64,000 bases of DNA from Rhizophagus irregularis (Eukaryota), in NCBI RefSeq assembly GCF_026210795.1, contig NC_089429.1, positions 1,674,001 to 1,738,000 on the forward strand, in the 5' to 3' direction. Position 1 is the first letter of the stretch; each line of letters begins with the position of its first letter. The position numbers and the translations under genes were made by a program. A model generated the notes under the pieces. That model did no database searches. It had not been told where the DNA came from and saw only the letters and a list, made by a program, of their open reading frames with translations. Below, in pieces: positions 1-14,921 of this stretch.

Positions 1-2874
1 TGTTTTGGTTTCTTTTTCATTAGACGCCTCATAATTCTTTTCTTTTATGTAGGTTAGACATTCTGGAGTTCTCTTTCTTTTTTTGTAGGAATGCTGACCT
101 TTGGTGACTTGGACGATTGCAGATGGGGGTTTTGTTTCCAATCTTTTTTTTTTGTTCTTTTAGGTTGTTTGACTACAAATGAACCTGAACTTATAGATAA
201 TTTAGGTTGCAATAGGTGGTTTTAATAAAGAGGGAATTTTCATAATGTATTTGTACTTTGTTTATTTTTTTATTTTTTATTTAATTTAATAAAGTGAAAT
301 TAGATTTATGTAAATACAATTATAGTAAACTGTAATACAAATAGTAAATTCAGTGACCAAATCGTATAAATTTCGTGATAAAATCAGTGATCAAATCATG
401 TAAATTCCATATAAATCCCGTGCAAATTCCGTATCCAAACCATATTTTTGGTGATACGGAATTGTGCATTTTTCCGTATCCTATTATGATACGTTATTTC
501 TAAGGAAAAAAAATCGTATAAAAACTTTATAAAAAACGTATCCAATTTTTTTATAGGGTTACTATCAGGTATTAGCTGAATGAAGTAATAGGAATTTTTT
601 ATATATATAATTTAAATATGAATAAAATAATTTTTAAGGTTGATAAAATAATTTCTTATTCAAAGTTATGACTTTTATTAACGGTTTAGAGTCAAATATC
701 AAAAAAGTATAATATACATTGATAAATCCTTTCGTGAGTTTCGTCCATATATAAATATTCCATAAAATGATTTTTCACGCCAAAAATCATGCTATTTAGT
801 ATATTTAGTAACATGAGAAATAAAAACAACAAAAACTTGTAATAAATTAATTAATTTTTTAAATAACTAATTCAAAGAATAGAAAACTAACGTAAATTTA
901 AATAGGGATTTAATTTTACTCATAAATCATAATATAATTTGTATGTTATTTTTTAAAATTTTATGGGTGAATTAAAACTAAAGGCGGAAAGATGATATTT
1001 TATGAAATCCGGGACAGTAATTTTCTTTATAAAAAGAAAGTAACTCTGAGACAAATTTATTGATAATTATATTATAACGGAATATTTAATAATATTCACA
1101 ATTCCAACTAAATATTTTCAAGATAAACCGAAATTTTATTTTGGCTTAAGTCATGACCAAGAGTCTTCAAGCAACCATTAAAATATTATTTTTTAATAAT
1201 AACTGAAATATAGTATAATTTGAAATTTTCTTAAAGCTTATTTGGAGTCTAAAAAAAAATAATAGTAGGCTTTAAATAATAGTGATTTTTATTAAAAACT
1301 TATTTAACCTTTTAAATCTTATTTTTAAAAAAGTTTTAGAGATTTTAAATTAATTAAATATCCGATTAAATTAATTAAATACATATCAGATATATCCTAA
1401 ATAACTATAAGTAAATTAAAATGTCTATTTCTGTTGACTTTCATAATTATTAGCTGTAACTAATTTGTCGTGTTTGCAGCAGGATTAATGAGTAATATAA
1501 TTTATTTGGATTATAATGTGGGTGAAAAATAAAATTTTACTATATAAAATAAATAAATATAATTTAAAAAAAATTATTAATTTTATTATTTTTTTTTTGG
1601 CTGGATATTTTTTAAAAATCATTTATTCTATCCTAACTAAAAAAAGAAATCATATAAAATATATTTATTTATTTCGATTACATAGCAGTACCTACTTAAA
1701 AGGCAAAAAAATTAGGAAAAAGAAAGTAAAAAAAGTTAACCAAGAAATAAAAAATTATTAGTGCTTGCCGTAACACCGCAGTATTGATCCAAACTTAAGC
1801 GGTGAAGGAACAAAAAACATTAGGAAAAAAGTATTATTATATAGAAATAAAATTAAAACCGAAAAAAAGTAAAAATAAAAAGAAAATTTGTTTAAGAAAA
1901 AAAATTGGTTTAAACTGAAAAAAATAGATACCCTTTTGGCTTCTTGATTCCACAAATCTAAACTTAAAAAAAAAATCAAAAAAAAAAAAAAAATCGAAAA
2001 TGTTTTTTAAAAATTAACGTTCTGCTAAAGGAAAAAATGGAAATAAACTTATTCGTTAGTATACTTTCTTTTCGTTAGTATTATAGAAAAAATCCGATTA
2101 AAATTTCATTAACCGGAACTGGATTACCGATTCATGACCCTATTAGTATATCATGCGTTTCACGTTATACAATTCAATTTATTTATACGGGCTTAATTAT
2201 ATAAATTATTTCAAATAAAATAAAATAATATTAAAATGATATACTTGTGACAGCACAAAAAATTGCCATTACGAATATTTTTTTTATCCTTTAAATGATG
2301 TTTTTGCTTTAGCAAAATCATAAAATTTTGATAATTTACGAGATTTTGCAGTATTCAAATTAATAGTATTTATTATGACGAATTGACGAGATCTGGAATA
2401 AAATTTTAATACGTTTAATTGGCCTTACAAAATAATTTTTAAGCTTTGTTTCATATTTAGAATTACTTTTACCCATTATTATTGTTCAAATTCTCATTGT
2501 TTCTTTTCACTGTTTATTCATTTCCTTTCTAATTTGTGTAACATTCTGTTTTCATTATTACCTTCTATGATGAAATAATATTTACGCCTAATACTTAAAA
2601 TATTTCAGCTAGTTTGTCTTAATAACTAAATAAGTAAAAAATAATAATGCTGATGCATCAACTTTATGCATTTGCTCTTCGATAAAGTATTTCTAAATTT
2701 AAAACGAACTTTCCGTAATAACACAAAATTCCATAATATTTTCTTTATCATTAAACAATCATTTCAAACTGTATTATTCAGATATAAATAAAAATATAAA
2801 TAAATATCAATAAATACGTCCAAATTTTCCAAATTCATTATTGTTATCGATACTTGATTAATTAATATAGTGAA

Positions 2875-5358
2875 ATGGAACTCGTAAATACAAATGATGA
2901 AAATTTTTTTGACCCAACACCAAGATTAAAATCTAGTCCTATACCAATTAAATTTATTTCTTTTAATAGAAATGATGAAAAATGCTTTAATTGTGGAAAA
3001 GAATATATTATGACGCTTTTTTGTCATGATCAAAAATATTACAAAAAATGTCTATCGCGTTATATTAATGGTATAACTGATAATAATACTATATATATAC
3101 TTAAACATATATTATACAATGGACTCGAAATGTAATGAACATAAAATAAGCAAAGCAAAAATACCACAAAGTATTCAAGAATGCTGTAAAATTTGTTTGA
3201 GAATCTTAAGTTTCAAGCAAATAGAAGGATGCTTAGATAACCTTAATTATCTTGATAAAAATAGTCTCAACATACTATATAATAGGTTAAAACGTTGTCA
3301 ATTATGTGGAGAGTCATTAGATGAACACATTAGAGAGCAATTTATATTATGCACAAATTGTTTTCTAATTTCATTTGAATGGATAGAATCAACCTTAGTT
3401 AAAAAGCAAATTTTAATTCTTTATTTACCATGGTGGCATGACAATTCTAATTGTAATTTGTGTCATTCCGAGTTAACATTTACATCAGATTGTCAAAAGT
3501 ATTGTGAGGATTGTCATATATCTTATGTTGGATGCAGATATTGTTTAACAACAAACATTATTTTCGGACTTACAGGCCAAACTCAATGTAAAAAATGTAA
3601 AAGAATATCACTCATTATATGCAGTAATGTAGATAGGGATCTCGTTGTTTACCTTCTCAATGATATTATATATGATAACTACATAGCTTTTTTTTATATT
3701 AGAAATATTGTAAATACAGAGGATAAATATTTTAAACCAAAAGCTCTATTATATTCTATTTTTGAAAAAATATTTGTAAAAAATGTAAAAAATGTTAATA
3801 AAAAGATAGTTGAGTGGATACCATATTCTCAATTTAAAAATATAAAAGAAATAACAAAAGGGGGATATGGTATTATATATAAAGCAACCTGGTCAGGTTA
3901 TAATGAAGAAGTCATTTTAAAAAGATTTGAAAATTCTAAAAATGATATTAAATATTTCATAAATGAGGTGAATATTTTGCGGGTGGTTTTTATTAAATAA
4001 TTTAATCTTTAATCCTTAATTAAATCTTTAATAAATTATATAGTTAAAATCAAATCAACATTGTAAAAATGGATTTAATGGTTATATAATCGAAGTTTAT
4101 GGCTTTACAAAGGATCCTGAATTAGGAGATTATTTATTAGTTATGGAATATGCGCCAAAAGGAGATTTACATAAATATTTACAAAAGAATTTTACAAATA
4201 TTACGTGGAATAATCAAAAACTACAAATTTTATTGCAAATCTCACAAGGGTATTTATATTTAAAAGTAATTATTATATTAATAAAAGTTAGTTATAAACT
4301 TTTTTTTTATTTAGACTTGAATATATTCATTATCGTAAATTCATACATCGAGATTTTCATAGCGGAAATATATTACTTAGTATGATTCAATGGAAAATTG
4401 GGGATCTAGGATTATCACATCCTATAAATAAATCATCAAATGATGAAATATATGGAGTTATACCTTATATTGCACCAGAAATATTTAAAGGATCTGCATT
4501 TTCCAAAGAAGCTGATATGTATAGTTTTGGTATGATTATGTGGGAACTTACAACAGGCTGCAAACCTTTTGCTAATATTAAACATGATATTCATCTTATT
4601 TACAAAATTCTTGATGGAGAACGACCCAAAATTACAGAAGATACACCAGAATGTTATGCTAATTTAATGAAAAGTTGTTGGGATCCTGATCCAAATAAAA
4701 GACCACTGATAAAAGAAATTTATTTAACTCTTGGTAATTGGTTTTTTAAAAGTAAATATAAAGAAGAATTTATTCAAGCTGAAGAAAAAAGAAATAAACT
4801 GATAAAATCAAAGAATATTGGTCCTGAATTTGCTGAAAAAAATCACCCAGAAGCCATTTATACAAGTAGGCCATTAAGTGCTTTTATTTCTAAATGTCTA
4901 TCCACAAATATATCATCGACAATTTCATTTGGTAATAATCAAGGTACTATTATAAAAAATTTAATTGTAATTGAAAATATTATATACAGAAATCTTTAAA
5001 ATGCATGTCATTTTCTTTAGATTATGATTATAATTATATTTCGAAAGAAAAAGAGCTTGATATAGAAATTGAAAGGTATTTACATTTATATTTTTTAAAT
5101 GATACTCTGTGTAACTAATTAAATTAATATTAATATTAATTTGTAATTTAGTTTATCGTCGCAAAATTTAACAATTCAAAATCCTTCAACCTCATTAAAA
5201 AAGCGAAACAATGAAGAATTAAACCTTGAAACATATGATAATAGTGGTAAATATCATATTTGTTGTCGTTTATTTTTTCTTTTTGTTTATATTAATATTT
5301 ATTTTTTTTTCCAAACTTAAAATATTTTAAAGTAGAAAAACGTATTAAATCTAGTTAA
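2875..5358 (+). pseudogene. TKL-like Ser/Thr kinase with Cys-rich N-terminal region; multi-exon, frameshifted near 3095
   Basis: ORFs 2875-3135, 3119-4000, 4143-4385 and 4382-4999 join through GT-AG introns (3968-4043, 4250-4314, plus further 3' introns). This gives KGGYGIIY, HRDFHSGNIL, IGDLGL and YIAPE. The first two ORFs overlap out of frame at an (AT)n run near 3091-3100, where the paralog at 38033 reads through. Confidence 0.8.
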
Positions 5359-5479
5359 AATTCGTTGTATTAATATCATGTGATTGATATCATGTGACTT
5401 TGACGACTTCTCTTTTAATTATATCATGCGATATCATGTTACTATCTATTATATTAGGCTTTTTAAAGTATATTATATT

Positions 5480-5803
5480 TCCCTTATGGCTGGTTCTGGC
5501 CACCTCGAACTATCTTCATTCTGGCGGGTGGGCCTCTTATCTTCATTTTAATTCTTATGTAGATTTTATAGATCATAGATTATTTTTTTCTTTTTATTTT
5601 AGTCTATTTCTTTTTCTTCTTCTCTTTCGTACAATGCAGGTAATGCCTAGTATTGTTTTATAAATATTGGGCAGTGCGATCCTCGAGAGAGTTGGGTTTA
5701 TACTTGTATAGTGTAGCATCATAGTTTTTTTGTAAGGGCTCAGCTCCCAGACTTGTATGGTTCCCGTCATTGTTTTAATTTTTAAATAAAATAAAATAAA
5801 AAT
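5480..5803 (+). mobile_element. 5'-truncated non-LTR retrotransposon (LINE) 3' end with 14-bp TSD
   Basis: Encodes WLVLATSNYLHSGGW, matching the C-terminal motif of the LINE at 42.9 kb (WTSSNFLHAGSW). Has a (TAAAA)n tail and is flanked by the direct repeat AAGTATATTATATT at 5466-5479 and 5804-5817. Confidence 0.8.
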
Positions 5804-8569
5804 AAGTATATTATATTGATTTTTACGTATTTATAATAAATATCATTTATTTTATTTTAAGAAATATTCGTGTTTTAAATGGATTACATAATCAAAATTA
5901 TTTGATTAAACAAATATTTCATAAACTTAAATTAAATTCTTATCGAAACTTGTAAAATATATAGTGAGTACCATAAACTTAAATTTCAATAATACTGTAA
6001 AGCTTGTAATTGTTAAAAAATAGTATGTTGTGGGATTCCAATAAATGATGTCGAAGTATAATAATTTTCGCTCTTAAAATCAGCATCCATAATTTTTGAC
6101 ATTATAATAAAGTAACGAAAATATATATATTTTATAATGGGAAGGATCGCATACGTAATACTTACACTTGATAATACTGGGTCAATTGCCTGTAAAATTT
6201 TCAAGTTAGATGTTAAACTTATAAGGTAAGATAAGTACTTCAAATGTATAACAAATAATTACTTATACAAATGTAATTAAGATATATTAAGTATTATAGA
6301 TAGAGGCATAATAAAAGAGCAAAAAAATGTATTAGGATGCAAATCAGTTAATTAATCAAATAATTAACCGGTTAATTACATTCGGGTTGAATGTACCGGC
6401 TGTTCTGATATTTGTCGCACAATACATTTTACGTAATAATTATATAAACATTTTTTTTTTTTTTTTGAAACAAGCCGATTATGCAGCACTCAGCCAAAAG
6501 TTTGTAAGCTGGTTTGCAGTAACGGATCATGACGTTTCTTATTATTTTTAATAGATAATTTTTGTTTACATTACAGGATGTTAACAAAATATTATTAAAT
6601 TTATTTATTTCATTTTTTATAAATATTTTAAACGAAGACAAAATAATCAATTTTTAAAATTGGGTAAATTTTCGTTCAATAACATTCTAAATAATTTAGA
6701 AATGAATCATTTTTAGCAAAAGAAATAATTTTGATATATTAAATATTTAATAAAACTAAAATAATTGAACAATACATTTTAAGACAATAAATAATTACTA
6801 ATACTAATTTGATTTAATTTTGTTTTATAATTTTTTTTTTTAAAATCATCATCATTTAAATAATTTAAGTAAATTGTGATTTAATTATAACTGGATTTTC
6901 CCATATATTAATGGTATTGCTAAATGACATCATAGTTCACCTGAAAATATCTTGAATAATATTAATGCTCAAATGTTGATTTCAATATTGTCGCACAATT
7001 TTAATCAGGCCTACAATGATGTGTTTGTTGTACTTTTTGAGACATCAAATCATTTAATTACCCACGCTTATAATAATTTCAAAATATTTCCTGACTTTTC
7101 TTTTTCTTTTTAATTTCAACAAACAAAAAAAAGTATTTGGAGAGGTACTTTTATTATTTATGTTATATATATATCAAACATCATAAATAACTTTCACCTG
7201 AGTAAAATTTTTTCGTATGAGTAGTATATTTTTTCTTCATGAGTAATTATATTTAATAATAATAATACACTCTAACATTACATAAACTAAATATATTTAC
7301 ATGAGTAATTTTTTACATGAACTTTTTTTTTTGGTTTCTTAATATTATGTTGCCAAAGAAAAGTAATTAAATCACCTGATTTTCAACCCATTCTAATAAT
7401 AACAACATAGGATGCTTTGTGTCTTTTATGGATGTGCTATATTTGAAAAGGAAGGAACAAAAAATACTTATATTAAAGTACTGTGTTCAATATTGATGAT
7501 AAACTTTTTTTTTTTTGAAAAAAAAAGCAAAAATTAAATCTTGATTGTACCGAATATACCAAATTAAATAGTCAAATCAAATCTTTAAAAATGAAAGCCA
7601 TTTGTTTACAGGATGAATTGTTGGCCACTCAAAAAAAATTATTGCTTATCAAGGTCTGATAGTTGATAGTCACAAGGAATAAATAACTTTTATGTAAGTC
7701 AATGGAATTTGTTGAAAGCCTTCCAAATACAGTAGATTCAACAATTACTCAAGATCAAATTATGTTCAGAGCTTCAATTTGTATTGAAACATCAAAAACT
7801 CACTTTAACAAGAAAGATTATTATATAAAAGAACAACAAATGTATTGGCAGAACTTTGAAAGGTTCAATACCAACTTCTAGATTCTACAACTCAGTCTCT
7901 TACAACTGTTAGGATATCAACAAATTGATTTAAAAGAACTTCTTAAGGGTGCAAAATTTCTCATAGATTTCAAATGTTAAAGTTTCCCTTCCTGAAAACA
8001 ATACTATTGTTAAAGGATTGCATTCATGTTTAAATATCATAAGAAATTATTCTAGGTAAATACTATGGAAGTTGTCTGGCAAAAACTTACCATTAAGACA
8101 AAAATGAATATGGTAATTTGTTGAAGATATTGAAGCATCTACGATTTCAATAATTCCACTCAATTTACAAGCAAAAATTAATGATCATGATGAGCTTATA
8201 GCATTTCTGGAAGCCACTCCTAATCAAAGAATTGAAGAAGAAAAAGATATGTAACAAATGCAAAACTGTAATAAATAGGATTACTGCTCCAAATGGTGAC
8301 TCGTTTCTTGGACTAGACATTAATGATGATTGTAATGAAAATCTGAATGAAGTACATCAGAGTAAAAAGTGGAAAAATAGATCTCTTACAGAAAAACAAT
8401 ATGAGAGTGCAAAGAACACACCTTTTGTAGCCTAGATGATATAAAGAAAAGGCTTGGCCTGTTTACTTCCCTGTAAAAAAAGTCAATCTGTTTTTATATT
8501 CCATAAAAGGCTCATATTTCCGGAAATAGTAACCTTATATCACGGAATTTATTGATTTATTTACATTTT

Positions 8570-8870
8570 CCGTGCATCACTTCTTTTCGTCTCCCATCAC
8601 TCCTCTTCGTCCCCAATCACTTCTTTTCGTCTCTCATCACTCCTTTTGTCTCCCATCATTTCTTTTTGTCTCCCATAACTTCTTTTCCCATCACTCCTTT
8701 TCGTCTCCCATCATTTCTTTTTGTCTCCCATCACTTCTTTTCGTCTCCCATCACTCCCTTTCGTCTCCCATCAATCCTCTTCGTCTCCCATCACTTCTTT
8801 TCGTTTCCCATCACTCCTTTTTATCTCCCATCATGTCCTATTTCTCCTTTTTGTTTCCTATCACTTCTCA
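8570..8870. repeat. Pyrimidine-rich minisatellite, ~21-bp unit (TCGTCTCCCATCACTTCTTTT), about 13 copies
   Basis: Tandem copies visible directly; they explain the three overlapping low-complexity ORFs at 8552-9065. Confidence 0.9.
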
Positions 8871-9524
8871 TTGCTCTTTTTTACTCCCTTTCATCTTCTA
8901 TTACTTTCCATTAATCCATTGTTATTTCATTTTTTTATTAGCATCTTTCTCCTGGATCATTATAATTTACTTATCTTTTTATTTATTGTTATTGTTTTTT
9001 TTATTTGTATCACTTCATTAAAAATAAATATGGTGATTTTTTTCTTTAAAATCGTAAATGTGTGACTTAAATTTTAATATTTACAAATAAAATTTCATTA
9101 AATAAGATTATTTTGAATTAAATATGTTTGCAAAAAAAAATTTTTAAAAATATCTTCGCAATAAAATTTTAAGTTTAACCGATCAAAAATTAGCTAAGTT
9201 AAAACAATCAGCCATCGGCCGATTAATAAATTTACTCTATATATTGTGCATCATGTGACAATTGTGACATATTTGAAAAAAACCCAGACGATGATCGCCC
9301 AGGTGATGTTTAGCAATCGGGTGATTTGTCACACGATATCATACGTAATAATTTATAAGAAATTTTTTTGAAACAGTCGATCATGATAATCATGTACAAA
9401 CATGTAAAAATAATCTGTTCCGTGCGACAAACGGTGTTGTCGCTCCGAAATTCCCATAAATTTTTGACGTAGCTTTTTTAATTTCAGAAACCCCTTTTCT
9501 TATTTTCTCCTTTCGACTAAAAAT

Positions 9525-11168
9525 ATGGCATGTTCAAAGTTATTTTTAGGAGATTTACCTGAGTTAGTAAACGAAATTATACAACATTTTCATTATGATT
9601 ACAAAACATTACATTCATGTATATTAGTTAATAAATTATGGTGTCATTTAGCAATCCCATTATTATGGGAAGATCCATTTTCACTTAAATTACCTAAAAA
9701 TTATCACTTTATTGAAATTTACTTATATAAGCTAAACGATGATTACAAAATAAAACTAGATGAATATTTAACTCAAAATGATATATTTCCTTCAAATACG
9801 CTATTTAATTATCCTAGTTTTATTCAACGTTTAGATGCATATGAAATCATTAATTCTATTAATGAGTGGGCTAGGACTATTGAAACTTCAAAAACTAAAG
9901 CGCAACGTTCTGGCTATTTTATGCGAAATAAATTATTACCTTTGCAAATGATAAATTTTACAAAGTTAATATATAAATCATTATTTATAATATTCATTGA
10001 AAATGAAGTAAATTTGCATAGTTTTGAAGTTATGTTGTTTAACAATACAAAATTTGAATATTTTGATGAGATTCTTGAATTAATATTACAAAATCCGAAA
10101 TTCATTTGTAATATTAAAAATTTTGAAATTAATTTTTATGAGGTAACTGAAAATACAAGAATATTTACAAAATTTCTCTACTCTAATTGTAATTCAATTT
10201 CATCACTTTATTTGCAATATTCATTTTATCATTTTCCAGTGACTGAAAAATGTTCATCGTTATCACAAATTATTCAATCTCAAATAAATCTTAGAAAACT
10301 TTTTCTTGGTTGTCAATTTCCTTTGCACCAATCACTATCATCTTTAATTAAAAATCCTAATTGTTCAAATACTTTAAATACAATTATATTTTATTATGTT
10401 GATTTTAAAAATATACTTATTTTGAGTGAAGCATTTAATCACTTGAATGTTTTAGAATCAATTCATATTATTTATTGTCGTTCTTTAGATTCTAGATTTA
10501 TTCAGCAAATTAATAATATCACTAAACCTTTTAAATTAAAATCTTTATTTTTGAATGAAATATTACAAACTGAAGAATTGTTAGTACAAAAATCTTGCGA
10601 TTATTTAGAAAATTTTGGAATTATAGGCAGAGAACCACAACAATTACTACAATTAATTATAAAATATTGTAGCAAAATTAAATATTTGGGTCCTATTTCA
10701 ATGAATAATAAGTGTAGTTATTTATTATTAAATTTAGTTGAAAATATTACACAAAATCTTGATTATCTTTTTATAGAAACTTCCATTAGTGATATTAGTT
10801 CAATTATATTAAAAAATTTAGGTCAAATTCTTCCTCATAAATTAGAATATTTGCATTTGAGTCTTTCAATTGATAGAATTGATTTTGAAATATTTTTAAA
10901 AAATTTTCAAAATACTTTTGTTAAAAAATTGGTAATCAGAAATAGAAGTAAAGGAAAAAATGGTGATATTTTCCCTTCTATAAAAGAATATATTATGAAA
11001 AAGAAAAGAGTCAAATATTTTGCTTTTTCAGAAATTAAATATTCAAGAATTGATGATTTGTTTTTTCTAAAAAATAAGGTAAAGGAATTTGAATTATATG
11101 ATATTCAAGTTTTATGTTATAGGGATTTATCTATTGATATTTATGATTTTATAAAAGAAGTTAATTAG
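9525..11168 (+). CDS. F-box / RNI-like LRR protein (547 aa, intronless)
   Basis: N-terminal F-box-like LPELVNEIIQHF...LHSCILVNKLWCHLAIPLLWEDPF followed by Leu-rich repeats; close paralog of 44800-46434. Confidence 0.85.
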   Translation: MACSKLFLGDLPELVNEIIQHFHYDYKTLHSCILVNKLWCHLAIPLLWEDPFSLKLPKNYHFIEIYLYKLNDDYKIKLDEYLTQNDIFPSNTLFNYPSFIQRLDAYEIINSINEWARTIETSKTKAQRSGYFMRNKLLPLQMINFTKLIYKSLFIIFIENEVNLHSFEVMLFNNTKFEYFDEILELILQNPKFICNIKNFEINFYEVTENTRIFTKFLYSNCNSISSLYLQYSFYHFPVTEKCSSLSQIIQSQINLRKLFLGCQFPLHQSLSSLIKNPNCSNTLNTIIFYYVDFKNILILSEAFNHLNVLESIHIIYCRSLDSRFIQQINNITKPFKLKSLFLNEILQTEELLVQKSCDYLENFGIIGREPQQLLQLIIKYCSKIKYLGPISMNNKCSYLLLNLVENITQNLDYLFIETSISDISSIILKNLGQILPHKLEYLHLSLSIDRIDFEIFLKNFQNTFVKKLVIRNRSKGKNGDIFPSIKEYIMKKKRVKYFAFSEIKYSRIDDLFFLKNKVKEFELYDIQVLCYRDLSIDIYDFIKEVN

Positions 11169-11334
11169 TTATTTATACAAATTAGACTGTTTTATATTAT
11201 ATTATTATCATGAAATTATCAGTATATGTAAATTGTATTATGTATAAATATTCTGATTTGGGATATAATAAAATTTTGGAACTCCTTAAGAATTAACTTA
11301 AATTGGAATATCACGAATAAAATAAACTTTAACA

Positions 11335-11570
11335 ATTTAATTTTGCTTTGTCATATTTCATTCAATTTATGCAAGTAAATATTAATGAAGTGGTAATTTT
11401 TAGGGAAATTCTTTGAACACGCATATTCCTATAATAGAATCGTCAAATGACACCATAATATATTAACTAGGATACATGAATGTAATGTTGAAAAATCATT
11501 TTGGAAATACTGTATAATTTCAACTTGTTAATTCAGGCAATTGTCTTAAAATATTTTTGAACATGCAATA
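11335..11570 (-). pseudogene. Degenerate F-box N-terminal fragment of the same family
   Basis: Reverse strand reads ACSKIF..LPEL..EIIQYFQNDFSTLHSCILVNILWCHL...PKNYHFINIYLHKLNE, with stops and frameshifts. Confidence 0.7.
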
Positions 11571-13435
11571 TTGTAAAAAAGAAAAGGAGGAATATTATAT
11601 ATTAAAATTTCCAATTAAAGTATATTATTATGTTTCGGATTTTGCTATCCCGTATTTGGACACAACAGATAGCTTTTAGATCACTCGATCTAAACGAGGA
11701 TTTACTTGCAAGGGATCCTTAACGTTGTACCCGGGTATAAGTATCATCCTATGCCCTTTTCCTTAAATAAGATTGGCTCAAAATGTGGTACAATTGATCA
11801 TTATTTAGCCACAAAAATTAATTGGATGTTGTTATTATTTTTGTACAATATATCTTTGAGAAAATATTGTTTCGCGTACGTGAAAAAATGCAAAGAATAA
11901 TTTCACAATATTTACAATATTTTAATTTTAAATATAATAAAGACTCAAAATTTTAGCATTTTTTAATTTTTAACATCTTAAATCAAATAAAATGCTTTAT
12001 AATTATATGGTCTATAAAATTTTAATAAATAGATATAAAAAAATTTTTAATAACATTTGTATAATTCTATACCTATTGAACAACTTTCTTCAATATATAG
12101 TAATATAGACGAAGTAAAAATGGTATGATTTTAGTACGTAATTTAATTATTTATTTTTAGTTCTTTTCTTTTATGAAAATTATTATCTTTATTTAATTTA
12201 ACAAAATAGGGTATAAAGATTATTTATCTATTTAATAATGAGTTTATCGCGTTCGATAGTTATATTATTTTTATTCAACATAACATTCATTATTTTATTT
12301 TTGTAATCTATTAATAAATAAATTATTTAGGAATAGAAATTCCCAATCTATAGCTATTTTAATTATGTAATTCTTGAGGAATTTCAGTAAAAATAAAGAA
12401 GTTTTATGTAAAGTATCTACAGTAACCATATATATATTGTATTGAGTAATTTATATTAATAACACGCTATTATGATCTCACCATACTCTCAGCATCCAAA
12501 GAGCGAAAATTCCAGGTTATTCAATAAGCGGTTTATTTTAAGGTATCTGTCAAAGCGTGCTTGCCCAATTTTAATTATCGTAAATATTTATTGATTAACT
12601 CAATGGGAAAGTTCTTGTTATTCTTCAAAAGTAGAATCAACTCTTCCCACAGAATTTTAAAGTATCTCCATAAAGTAGGTATAGAAACTTCTCCAGTTTT
12701 ATTAATCATTTCTCGTTCAATTTCATCAAAATAATAAATAATTTGCTGTAAAATCTAAAAATAAAATAACGAGATTGAACGTTAAAATTCGTTATAAAAT
12801 AATGATAATATAATTAACAAACCTTCATATCACTAAAAAATTTTTCCTTTTCTACACGTTGCAAATGGATTTGTTACGAATTGCATCTTTGATATAAATA
12901 CTTAGCTAGTAGTTGTGAAATTATTTGTAAATTACAGAAAAATAAATACACTACCTTCCATTTTATATCCTCACTTATAATACGTCTTATTCCTTGAAGA
13001 AAAACATTAATTAAGCTACTTCTTTTGTGATTTGCAAGTTTATATTGTAGAGTTAATAAAAGAAAGCGTGACTTAAAGTGAGATTTTGAAGTAAAACTAT
13101 AAGTATAGAATCACTTATTTTATAATAAAGAGTTAGGTGAAACTCGAGAATATTATTTTAAATACATTATTTTAGTCTCCTGAATCCTGAATGTAAAACC
13201 AAAAATTTTTTTTTATATTTGAATTTCCTGATGATCGACAGATGATCGTAATAGTTAGGACCACTAACCAGTTTTAGCATTTTTGAAGCAGTGTATCATT
13301 TTGTCGATCTGTATTACACTAATGTCGTGCATGCATAAATTGAAAAAAAATCTTTTTCACCGCAATATTTAGCCCTTCTGCTGAGTGGCACCTTTTTTAT
13401 TATCCATTCTATAAAGTAAATTTATCTATTGAACT

Positions 13436-14921
13436 ATGATCTATAAAATATGTAAAGAATGTGAAAAAGAAAATAATAAAAATAGATGGTGTAAAGAATG
13501 TAATACAAAACATTTTCAGCAAAATTTTAAAAATTGGACTAGTGGTAATAATGATATTGACAAATTTATTCAAGACACTCAACTATCAGCAACTAATTAT
13601 GAGAAAGTTTTAGAGTGGATACCTTACAATAAATTATATGATATTGAATATATTGCGAAAGGCGGTTTTGGAAAAGTTTATAAAGCAAAATGGATTGATG
13701 GATATATTAGAAGTTGGGATATAAATGAAAATTGGAAACGAGATTGTTCCAATTGGCTTGTAGCACTGAAAAGTTTAAATAATTCAGAAAATGTTACATC
13801 AGAATTTATCAATGAGGTATTACCCAATTTCTTAATTTAATGAAATTTTTAAATTGCGATTTTACTGATGGATTTATAAAATGTATATCTAGATAAAAAT
13901 GCATTGTATGGCTAGAGAATACCAAACAGTTTCTGTTATTAGAGTTTATGGAATTACACAAGACCCAGAAACAAAAAATTACATGATGGTTTTGCCATAT
14001 GCGGAGGATGGAAGTTTAAGAGCTTATTTAGATAAAAATTATCATGAATTATCTTGGGAAACTAAGATAGGATATTTACACCATATTACATCCGGACTTA
14101 AGAGTATTCATAATAATGGACTAACTCATCGAGATTTACATATTGGGAATATACTTAGTTTTGGTTTTGTATCTCAAGTTATGATAACTGATATGGGATT
14201 ATGTAAACCTGCAGATTATAATGCATCGGAAAATCCAAAAAACAGTATATATGGTGTTTTACCTTATATTGCTCCTGAAGTTTTAAGAGGACAAAATTAT
14301 ACTAAAGCTGCTGATATTTATAGTTTTGGTATAATTATGTATGAGGTAATTTCTGGACTACCTCCATACCATGATGTAAGCCATGACAAAAATTTAACAA
14401 TAAAAATTTGTCAAGGACTTAGACCAAGATTTAGTAATATTAAAGTACCCCAATTGATTGTGAATTTAGTCAAAAGATGCTTGGATGCAAATCCAATAAA
14501 TCGACCGGAAGCAGTAGAAATTTACAATATCTCATGGCAATGGTTTATTGAAAGTCGTGATTTTAAATTTAATAATAATAAAACAGAATTACTAAAACAA
14601 ATTGAAGAATCAGAAAAAATTAATAATAGTAGTATACCAACTAGCAGCATACCTTTGACAAGTTTATCATACGAAACACATTCCGAAGCTGTTTATACAA
14701 GTAGATTACTTAATTTTAATAATCTTCCTGAACCAAAAAATTCTGATGATTATTACAATGAACAAAATGACAATATAATTAGTGAAAAATTTTCAGGTAA
14801 ATAATGCAATAATTTTGTAAATATATAAATTTAATATATAAAAAATATTAATATATTCTTATCTTATTAAATAGAATCTTTACAAATTGATATTTCTCAA
14901 TTGAAAATTAATGAAAGTTAA
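13436..14921 (+). CDS. TKL-like Ser/Thr protein kinase (3 coding exons)
   Basis: Exon 13436-13816 (C..C..WC..C, NWTSGN, AKGGFGKVY), intron 13817-13892, then an exon with HRDLHIGN, TDMGL and YIAPE. A short terminal exon ESLQIDISQLKINES* ends at 14921. Confidence 0.88.

Noticed and set aside
1516..1979. Short ORFs 1516-1761 and 1758-1979 (and similar small antisense ORFs elsewhere)
   Set aside because: Low-complexity products of AT-rich sequence, or shadows of real genes.
7400..8440. Coding-like stretch with short ORF pieces
   Set aside because: Too many stops and no recognisable motif; probably a decayed TE or gene.
8552..9065. Three overlapping ORFs of 114-149 aa
   Set aside because: Produced by a stop-free 21-bp minisatellite; non-ATG starts and low complexity.
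12400..13050. Minus-strand exon-like fragments
   Set aside because: Degenerate and not assignable to a family by eye.
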